DNA of 64,000 bases. It comes from an uncultured Bacillota bacterium (GTDB lineage: Bacteria > Sysuimicrobiota > Sysuimicrobiia > Sysuimicrobiales > Segetimicrobiaceae). The position numbers were made by a program, and so were the translations under genes. The notes under the pieces are model-generated. The model ran no database searches and was not told where the DNA came from. It was given only the letters and a program-made list of their open reading frames with translations. Below, one piece after another: positions 43,130 to 50,060 of this stretch. Where the stretch lies: contig CAWBBU010000018.1 in NCBI GenBank assembly GCA_963787105.1, positions 64,082 to 128,081 of the forward strand, written 5' to 3'. How positions within the stretch are numbered: the first letter of the stretch is position 1; each line of letters opens with the position of its first letter.

Positions 43130-44137
43130 ATGGGACAGACACCCACGGTGGCCATGCTGATACCATACCCGACGCGGGCGGAGGTACTCACCGCGAACAT
43201 GGAGCGCCGCCTGGGGTCGATCGCCCGAGTCGTGTCAACGCCGGAGCAGGATCCGGATCGATGGGACCTCCGGGCGATGCTGACGGGTGCGGACGCCTGC
43301 CTGACGGGGTGGGGCACGCCGGCCCTGTCGGATGAACTGCTGGCCAGTGTGCCGACCATCAAGTTCGTGGCGCATACGGGCGCCAGCATCCGTCGCCTCG
43401 TTCCCCGCGCCGCGATCGAGCGCGGCCTTATCCTCTCACACGCGTCGTCGATGATCGCCGACGCCGTGGCCGAGATGGTGGTGCTGCAGGCGCTGCTGCA
43501 TGTGCGAAGGCTGCCTGACATGGACCGTGCGATCAAGCACGGGGCCGACTGGCAGGAGACCTTCGATCGATACCTCGGCAGGCAGCTCGGCGCGCTGACG
43601 GTCGGCATCGTCGGAGCCAGCCACGTGGGGAGGGCCGTCATTCGTCTCCTCAAGGCGTTTGGCAGTCGGGTGCGCGTGTACGATCCCACGCTCACCCAGA
43701 TCGAGGCGTCGCGGCTCGGGGTCGAACCGGTCGCGCTTGCCGAGTTGATGCGCTCATGCGATATCGTCAGCCTCCACGCACCCGTGCTGGCCGAAACCAT
43801 CGGAATGATCGGCGCCTCCGAGCTGGCGCTTATCCGCAACGGCGGGCTCTTTATCAACACCGCTCGGGCCGCATTGGTCGATAACACCGCGCTCCTCAGT
43901 CACCTCCGCGAGGGACGTTTTTCGGCCGCGTTGGACGTCTTCGAACAGGAGCCTCTTCCGGATGACAGCGAGCTCCGGCAGCTGCCGAACGTGGTACTGT
44001 CTCCCCACGCCGGCGGCCATACCGTTGACACCCAATTTCGACAAGGAGAAGCGATGGTGGCCGAACTGGAGCGGTTCTTCCGGGGAGAACCGCTGCGATT
44101 CGCTGTTGATCCCGCCGCGCTCTCGATCATGGCCTGA
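43130..44137 (+). CDS. D-isomer-specific 2-hydroxyacid dehydrogenase family protein
   Basis: 335-aa ORF with GGAGGA upstream. GIVGASHVGRAVIRLLKAFGSRVRVYDP (NAD site), ...SLHAPVL..T..MI and LSPHAGG are present. Confidence 0.8.
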   Translation: MGQTPTVAMLIPYPTRAEVLTANMERRLGSIARVVSTPEQDPDRWDLRAMLTGADACLTGWGTPALSDELLASVPTIKFVAHTGASIRRLVPRAAIERGLILSHASSMIADAVAEMVVLQALLHVRRLPDMDRAIKHGADWQETFDRYLGRQLGALTVGIVGASHVGRAVIRLLKAFGSRVRVYDPTLTQIEASRLGVEPVALAELMRSCDIVSLHAPVLAETIGMIGASELALIRNGGLFINTARAALVDNTALLSHLREGRFSAALDVFEQEPLPDDSELRQLPNVVLSPHAGGHTVDTQFRQGEAMVAELERFFRGEPLRFAVDPAALSIMA

Positions 44138-44211
44138 ATCGTTCGCCGAGGCGGTAAAGAGCATAGGCAATGCAGGAATTCCATATGACCCGTCGAACCA
44201 GCGCCCGAGAG

Positions 44212-44225
44212 TGAGAACGCTCTCA
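44212..44225. promoter_or_regulatory. LacI-type operator candidate, site 2: TGAGAACGCTCTCA
   Basis: Read directly. The 16-mer GTGAGAACGCTCTCAC is palindromic in 7 of 8 pairs and shares the GAGAACG half-site with sites 1 and 3. It lies 93 nt upstream of the sugar-binding protein ATG 44318. Confidence 0.55.
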
Positions 44226-44317
44226 CAATGGCCAGATATGGGTTCGAGGGGTCCATCGGCCAGGCGGTAAGCTCAGAAGGATCACCACAGCCCGTGGTTC
44301 CGGGGAGGTGTCGCAAT

Positions 44318-45580
44318 ATGAGATGGGTGACGTGTGTGATTGCAGCGGCCGTGATGGTCGTGTCTCTACCGTTTGCGGGAATGACGGCATCGCCGGTGGT
44401 CATCACGTCCTGGAACGGTGTGGGACCGCCGGAAAATGTCATCTTGTCCCAATTCACCAGGGACTTCAACACCAAGTACGCGGGGCAGATCCAGGTGACC
44501 GAGAACGTCACGAAGTGGGACACGCTGTACTCGCAGATTCTGACGGACTACCGGTCGGGCAATCCGCCGGATGTCTTGACCTTCGAGACGTCGGCGCTGC
44601 CGCAGTACGTGCACTTCGGCGTCCTGCAGCCGGTGGGCCCGCTGATGGCGCAGGCCGGTTTGAAGCAGTCAGATTTCGTTCCGGCAGTGTGGCGAAGCAC
44701 GTTCATCGGCGGTGTCCAGTACGCCGTCCCCCTCGACGTACATCCGTGGGGATTCTTTTACAACCGCAAGCTCTTCCAGGCGGCAGGTCTACCCGATCGC
44801 GCGCCGCGGAACATGGCGGAGTTTCTGAGCGACGCGCAAAAGCTGACCGTCGCCGGTACCGGCGGGGCACCCGACCAGTACGGATTTGGATTCAACTACA
44901 ACGGCGCGAATCCGAGCCGGCTGATGATCTCGCTGCTGGCGCAAAAGGGCAAGAACATCCTGTCGCCGGATAACAAGCGCGCCGTGTTCGACACCGCCGA
45001 CACCCGGGAAGTGCTGCAGTTCCTCTACGACCTCGTCTACAAGTACAAAGTGGTGCCGCAGCGCGAGACCGACGCGGTCGGAGACTTCAAGCGCGGCGCG
45101 ATCGCGATGCTCGTCACCGGCCCGTGGGAGATCCCAGACTTCAAGGGCGTGTCGGGGCTCGACTTTGCGACCGCCGCGATGCCGGTCTTTTACAACAAGC
45201 CCGGCGTGTGGGGCGACGCGCACGACCTGGTGCTGTCGAAGACAAACTCGCCCGAGCGCCAGAAGGCGGCGATGGAGTTCGCCGCCTACATCAGCAGCCG
45301 GGGATACGAGTGGACCACCCAGGCGGGGCACCTGCCCGTGCGCGAGGACGTCATCAACAACCCCCAGTTCAAGACGCTCGGGTACTGGCAGCCACTGGTC
45401 GCCGAGGAAAGTTACATGACGGTCTATCCGCCCATTGACCAGTTTTCTGAGATGTTCGGCCAGGACCCGACCGCGCCGCTTGTGAAGATGACGGAGTCGA
45501 TCCTGCTCAATCAAGGCGTCCATCGCAGCGGCGGTCACGCAGGCGCAGACCGAGTTCAACCGGTGCTCGCGCAGAAGTAG
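44318..45580 (+). CDS. ABC sugar transporter substrate-binding protein (family 1, CUT1-type)
   Basis: ATG 44318 with signal-like MRWVTCVIAAAVMVVSLPFAG. It shows the typical family-1 pattern (ITSWNG..., PDVLTFE, GPWEIPDF). The last 25 or so codons read better with a compensated frame excursion (see findings). Confidence 0.85.
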   Translation: MRWVTCVIAAAVMVVSLPFAGMTASPVVITSWNGVGPPENVILSQFTRDFNTKYAGQIQVTENVTKWDTLYSQILTDYRSGNPPDVLTFETSALPQYVHFGVLQPVGPLMAQAGLKQSDFVPAVWRSTFIGGVQYAVPLDVHPWGFFYNRKLFQAAGLPDRAPRNMAEFLSDAQKLTVAGTGGAPDQYGFGFNYNGANPSRLMISLLAQKGKNILSPDNKRAVFDTADTREVLQFLYDLVYKYKVVPQRETDAVGDFKRGAIAMLVTGPWEIPDFKGVSGLDFATAAMPVFYNKPGVWGDAHDLVLSKTNSPERQKAAMEFAAYISSRGYEWTTQAGHLPVREDVINNPQFKTLGYWQPLVAEESYMTVYPPIDQFSEMFGQDPTAPLVKMTESILLNQGVHRSGGHAGADRVQPVLAQK

Positions 45581-45626
45581 TGGCGCGCATGTACGAAGAA
45601 CCGCGCGCGCTGCGAAAGGCCACGCG

Positions 45627-46550
45627 GTGATCAGCAACGGGGAGGCGCGGATCGGGGTCGATCCGCGCCTCCCTACCCGTCGTAGGACTTCGCCGTTCCG
45701 ATCGGCGTGGGCGTGGGGGATGCTTGCGCCCTACCTCATTTGCCTCGTGCTGTTCTTCCTCGTGCCGTTCTTTTTTGCCGTCGCGATCAGCTTCACCCGA
45801 TGGCAGATCATCGGGCAGCCCGTGTTCATCGGGTTCGCGAACTATCTCCGCGCCGCCCAGGACCCGTCGGTGCGGCAAGCCATTGGGAACACGTTTTATT
45901 ACATGGCGCTCATGACGTCGACGCTGATGATCCTGGGACTCGGGCTGGCGCTGCTGCTCAACGCGCCGGTGCCGGGGCGGTATCTCGCCAGAACAGTCGT
46001 CGTGATGCCGTACGTGATCAGCGTCTCGGTCATGGGGATCCTCTGGCGTTGGATGTATGACCCGAACTTCGGCATCATCAACTACTATCTGGGCCGTCTC
46101 GGACTGCCGCGGTTATGGTGGCTCACGGACACCGTCCAGGCGATGCCGTCGATCGTCATCGCGGACTGGTGGTGGATCGCCAGTTTCACCACGGTGGTCT
46201 ACCTCGCCGGGCTCCAGGCGATCCCACGGGAGTTGTACGAGGCCGCCGAGGTCGACGGGGCGTCGGCGCGGAGCAAGTTCTGGCACGTGACACTCCCGGG
46301 CCTCCGTCCGGTCACGCTCTACGTGCTCATCCTCAACACGATCACATCGTTTCAAATGTTCGGCGAGTCGTTTGTGATGACCCAAGGCGGTCCGCTCGGC
46401 ACCACCACCACGCTGACGTATAAACTCTACGACGCCGGATTCTTCGATCTCCAGCTCGGCTACGCCGCCGCCCTGTCGGTGGTGTTTCTCATCGCCATCG
46501 TGGCCCTGACCGCCGTGGAGTTCCGGGTGCTCAAACTTGCTGGGGACTGA
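45627..46550 (+). CDS. ABC sugar transporter permease (MalF/UgpA-like)
   Basis: 307-aa ORF. AWAWGMLAPYLICLVLFFLVPFFFA and the EAA-loop region YEAAEVDGASARSKFWHVTLPGLRP. Confidence 0.85.
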   Translation: MISNGEARIGVDPRLPTRRRTSPFRSAWAWGMLAPYLICLVLFFLVPFFFAVAISFTRWQIIGQPVFIGFANYLRAAQDPSVRQAIGNTFYYMALMTSTLMILGLGLALLLNAPVPGRYLARTVVVMPYVISVSVMGILWRWMYDPNFGIINYYLGRLGLPRLWWLTDTVQAMPSIVIADWWWIASFTTVVYLAGLQAIPRELYEAAEVDGASARSKFWHVTLPGLRPVTLYVLILNTITSFQMFGESFVMTQGGPLGTTTTLTYKLYDAGFFDLQLGYAAALSVVFLIAIVALTAVEFRVLKLAGD

Positions 46551-47409
46551 CGCCGTCTCGTCCCGTTGGCTGACGCCTGCGCGGGTGCGGCGCGTGGTGT
46601 TGACGTGCCTGATCGCACTGGTCATCGTCGCCTACGCGGGGCCGACGCTGTGGCTGGTGTCGACCTCCGTGACCGAGGAGGGGCGTGTCTTCACCCGGAT
46701 CCCGCAGTGGATTCCCCATCCGATCACCATCGCCAACTACCAGTTCGCGTTTCTCACGTATCCGTTGGGACGATGGTTTGTGAACAGCGCGGTCGTCTCA
46801 TTGGTGACCGTGGCGTTGTGCGTGCTCATCAACGTGCCTGCGGGGTATGCGTTTGCCCGGCACCGCTTCCCCGGAGATGGGATCCTCTTTTGGCTCACGC
46901 TGGCCTCGGTCATGGTGCCGGTGCAGGCCTACTTGGTTCCCATGTACCTGCTCTTTACGCAATTCGGGCTGATCAACACGCTCACCGGATTGATTCTGCC
47001 GTTCCTGTCGAACGGGTTCGGCGTATTTCTGATGCGGCAGTTTATCCAGCAGATTCCACCTGAACTGGAAGAGGCGGCCATCATTGATGGCGCGTCCCGC
47101 GTGGTCGTGCTGTGGCGGGTCGTTGTGCCGCTGATCACCCCAGCGATCGCGACGCTCGTGATCTTCCGCTTCATGCAGAGCTGGAATTCGTTCGCGTGGC
47201 CGCTGGTCGCGGCGAGCAGCGACAGGTCGATCACCTTGCCCGTGGGACTGGCGCTGCACGTGTTCGGCGTGGTCGGCTCCGCGTCCGCGCAACCGCGGTT
47301 CGGCCTCTCGATGGCCGCATCGTTTGTCTCGATGGCGCCCGCGATTGTGGTGTTCCTACTGCTGCAGCGCTACTTCGTTGAAGGCATGGCGTCGTCGGGG
47401 CTCAAGTAG
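46537..47409 (+). CDS. ABC sugar transporter permease (MalG/UgpE-like)
   Basis: 290-aa ORF overlapping the previous gene by 14 nt. EAA loop: LEEAAIIDGASRVVVLWRVVVPL. Confidence 0.85.
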   Translation: MLGTDAVSSRWLTPARVRRVVLTCLIALVIVAYAGPTLWLVSTSVTEEGRVFTRIPQWIPHPITIANYQFAFLTYPLGRWFVNSAVVSLVTVALCVLINVPAGYAFARHRFPGDGILFWLTLASVMVPVQAYLVPMYLLFTQFGLINTLTGLILPFLSNGFGVFLMRQFIQQIPPELEEAAIIDGASRVVVLWRVVVPLITPAIATLVIFRFMQSWNSFAWPLVAASSDRSITLPVGLALHVFGVVGSASAQPRFGLSMAASFVSMAPAIVVFLLLQRYFVEGMASSGLK

Positions 47410-48232
47410 CGAGGCCGGCATTCACGCCCTGTCCTGCATCGACCCAGGGCACCGGATGAGCAAACCGAGCGGCGTACACGCGCGTGAGATGGTCGACCGC
47501 CAGAGGAAGCAGCTCGAGGCCGCGCCCCTCCCCCTGGAACGAAATGGTCAGGTCCTGATGGTAGCCGAGCGCCCCGAGCGCCCATAGGAGACCGTACCAC
47601 CACAGCGTTCCGTCACCCGGATAGGTCGTCTGTTGGCGGCCGAGAAGAGACCGTACGTCCGTCGCGTGGACGTGTCCGATTCTCCGATTGAGCACATACG
47701 CCGACCGCACGGGATCCTCTCCGACCAACACGGGCGCCGCCGTGTCGAAGGAGGCCTGGATCCAAGGAGTGGCCGCCGCATCGATCAGCGCCCGCACACG
47801 CACGACCGACCCCGGCAGCGGCTCGTTCGCCAGCAGGAGGTGAACACCGGCCTCTTTGGCCTGCTGAAGAAACGTCCACTGAGGGTCCCCGGTCGGCGGG
47901 AGCATGCGCATGCGCTTCGCGCCGAGCGCCCCCGCGGTTGCAAGCGCCGCACCTGCCGGCTCTATGTCGCCGTGACCGGATGGGAACCGTAGACCGCTTC
48001 CATAAACGACCGTACAACCCGCCCGATTCGCAGCGTCGCGGGTCGCCGCGGCGTCTTGCGTCCACTCGGGGTCGACCTCAACGCCCCGGCACCCGAGCGC
48101 CGCCGCCTGTTGCAGAAACTGCTCGATCGTGACTCGGCCGGACCGTAACTCCGCGGCCGCGACGGCCGTGTGGACGGCAAGGCGCATCCGGGAGCGCCCC
48201 TGAGCGGCGGGACCGGACGACGTCGTGTTCAT
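47402..48232 (-). CDS. Xylose-isomerase-like TIM-barrel protein
   Basis: ATG 48232 overlaps the upstream BNR gene stop (ATGA). RGVEVDPEW..., AKRMRMLP, VHLLLANEP, IGHVHATD pattern. Confidence 0.6.
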   Translation of the reverse strand: MNTTSSGPAAQGRSRMRLAVHTAVAAAELRSGRVTIEQFLQQAAALGCRGVEVDPEWTQDAAATRDAANRAGCTVVYGSGLRFPSGHGDIEPAGAALATAGALGAKRMRMLPPTGDPQWTFLQQAKEAGVHLLLANEPLPGSVVRVRALIDAAATPWIQASFDTAAPVLVGEDPVRSAYVLNRRIGHVHATDVRSLLGRQQTTYPGDGTLWWYGLLWALGALGYHQDLTISFQGEGRGLELLPLAVDHLTRVYAARFAHPVPWVDAGQGVNAGLAT

Positions 48233-49185
48233 CCCTCGAGCGCCGCCTGGTCGAACGTGAGGTGCGCGATCGCGAACCGTCGATCGGTATAGAGCAGATG
48301 CAGCATGCCGTCCGAGCCCTGGATGATGGCGGGATACGAATATTCCCCCGGCTCGGTCTCGACGTCGCGGGCGACGCGCCACGACTTTCCCCGGTCCTCG
48401 GACACCGCGAGTGTTAGGGGAGACCGATCGTACAACGCATTGTTGAACGCCAGCACCAGGCGGTCATCGGGCGTGCGCACCATGTCCACGCCGGCGTCCG
48501 GGTTAGGGAGCGCGATCGGTGTCGGCGATGACCACGTGCGACCGCGATTGGTCGACTGTGCCCGCCACAGCGGCCCGCGGCCCTGCGTCCGCATCAGGCA
48601 CACCAGCTCGCCGTCCGGAAACTCGACGATCGTGGGCTGCTCGTTCCCCGGCGTGGACCGGATGGGCATAGAGGTCTCCCATGACTGGCCTTCATCCCCG
48701 GAGATCAAGCAGACCGAGGCGTGCACACCCGTGTCATCGTACAGCGGGAGTAAAAGCTCGCCGTTCGACAGGACGCACGGCGTGTTCCGAGGCATCAACC
48801 CCGTCTCGTCGCGAAGCACGTGCCGGGGCCCGAACGTCACGCCGCCGTCGGTTGACACCCGGTACTTCAGCTTGCACGCGCCCCAATTGAGAACCTCGTA
48901 CATCACGGAGTAAAACAGTCGGAGTTCCCCGGGCCTCACTGAGAACAGCACGGGATTGCCGACCGTGCACCCCTCGGTCTCCACGAGCACAACGGCTTCC
49001 GTCCAAGTTCCCGTGGACCGCCGAAAGAACGCACCGAGGATTACAACGTCGGACGCGTACTCGTGCGAGCCCCCATACCACGCAGCCATGAGGTCACCGC
49101 TGGGCAATTCGCACACCGTGGCCGCGTGCACCGAAGGGTGGTCAGGAGAATCGCCGAACACGACGCGTTTCTCCCATGTCGCCAT
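48229..49185 (-). CDS. BNR/Asp-box repeat sialidase-fold (GH33-like) protein, no signal peptide seen
   Basis: Intact 318-aa ORF with four Asp-boxes read directly: STDGGVTF, SGDEGQSW, STNRGRTW, SEDRGKSW. Confidence 0.8.
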   Translation of the reverse strand: MATWEKRVVFGDSPDHPSVHAATVCELPSGDLMAAWYGGSHEYASDVVILGAFFRRSTGTWTEAVVLVETEGCTVGNPVLFSVRPGELRLFYSVMYEVLNWGACKLKYRVSTDGGVTFGPRHVLRDETGLMPRNTPCVLSNGELLLPLYDDTGVHASVCLISGDEGQSWETSMPIRSTPGNEQPTIVEFPDGELVCLMRTQGRGPLWRAQSTNRGRTWSSPTPIALPNPDAGVDMVRTPDDRLVLAFNNALYDRSPLTLAVSEDRGKSWRVARDVETEPGEYSYPAIIQGSDGMLHLLYTDRRFAIAHLTFDQAALEG

Positions 49186-49249
49186 GCTTGTCGCTCCATC
49201 GACATGATGTCACCAGGACGATCGGGTGCAGGTAGACAACCCCCGCATA

Positions 49250-49261
49250 GAGAACGTTCTC
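49250..49261. promoter_or_regulatory. LacI-type operator candidate, site 3: perfect palindrome GAGAACGTTCTC
   Basis: Read directly (taGAGAACGTTCTCac), 65 nt upstream of the BNR gene start (49185, minus strand). It is identical to site 1 over the 12-bp core; the 16-mer matches the reverse complement of site 1 at 15 of 16 positions. Confidence 0.6.
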
Positions 49262-49680
49262 ACTGTCTCGATGTGATCCCTTTCGCCTCTCCCAATCCGC
49301 CGCTGCCGCGCCGCTGAGCCGTCCATGGCCGAATCGCGAAACAACTCGTCGTCCATGGCAGTCGCATGGTCGTGTTATTGGACAGTGCGGCCTTCGTGAG
49401 CAATCGCTGGGTCGTCATGGCGCCGGCATCTTCTTCGGAGCGGCAGCGAGAACAGCGTCCTTGGTCTGCTGAGCAGCGACGGCCGTCGTCGTCCCGTGTG
49501 ATATGTAGCCAGCAGGCGTCAACTCGATCGTGCGCTCTTCCATCCTCCAAAAGGAGGGGATGAGGAGACCGTTTGCTACTCGTAGGTCCGGCACGACCTG
49601 CTACAATTGCGGCGCAAGGGTCGCGGGTGTACGAACGGGATCGTTGCTCCGTTATCAACCGACATAGGGGAGGGATACTG

Positions 49681-49953
49681 ATGGCCGAAAGCAAGCTTGC
49701 CGCATTGGCCCCAAAATTCAAGGAAAATCCCGGGCTGAAAGACCAGATTAAGAAGGCCACGAGCCTTGATCAGGTTGTTTCCATTATGAACTCTGCGGGT
49801 GTCCAGATCACGAAGGCCGAACTCCTCAAGTCCGAAGCGCAGAGAGTCCTCGCGCTCAGCGACGCGCAACTGGAAGCCGTTGTCGTCAGCCATAGCTATA
49901 CGACCGACACGTTTATGGGCTGCGCCACGTGGGTGTTTCAGTGCTGCGGCTGA
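49681..49953 (+). CDS. lanA: Lanthipeptide precursor with Nif11-type leader (90 aa)
   Basis: ATG 49681 (GGAGG about 10 nt upstream) inside ORF 49573..49953. Sequence: MAESKLAALAPKFKENPGLKDQIKKATSLDQVVSIMNSAGVQITKAELLKSEAQRVLALSDAQLEAVVV-SHSYTTDTFMGCATWVFQCCG. It has Nif11 leader architecture and a Ser/Thr/Cys-rich C-terminus, and sits beside lanM. Confidence 0.8.
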   Translation: MAESKLAALAPKFKENPGLKDQIKKATSLDQVVSIMNSAGVQITKAELLKSEAQRVLALSDAQLEAVVVSHSYTTDTFMGCATWVFQCCG

Positions 49954-50004
49954 TTTCTTGCCGCACGAGTTTTGAATCTGTGCGATAACGCACTGTGACG
50001 TTTC

Positions 50005-50060
50005 GAGTTGCGGGCTTCTAGCGGTCGCGTCCGTTGCGATTTTCTAGGAGCCCGCAACTC
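50005..50060. terminator. Long hairpin at the convergent lanA/lanM junction (17-bp stem, 1 mismatch, 22-nt loop)
   Basis: GAGTTGCGGGCTTCTAG (50005-50021) pairs with CTAGGAGCCCGCAACTC (50044-60), read directly. The left arm contains the lanM stop, and the right arm encodes its last residues. No clear U-tract. Confidence 0.4.
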
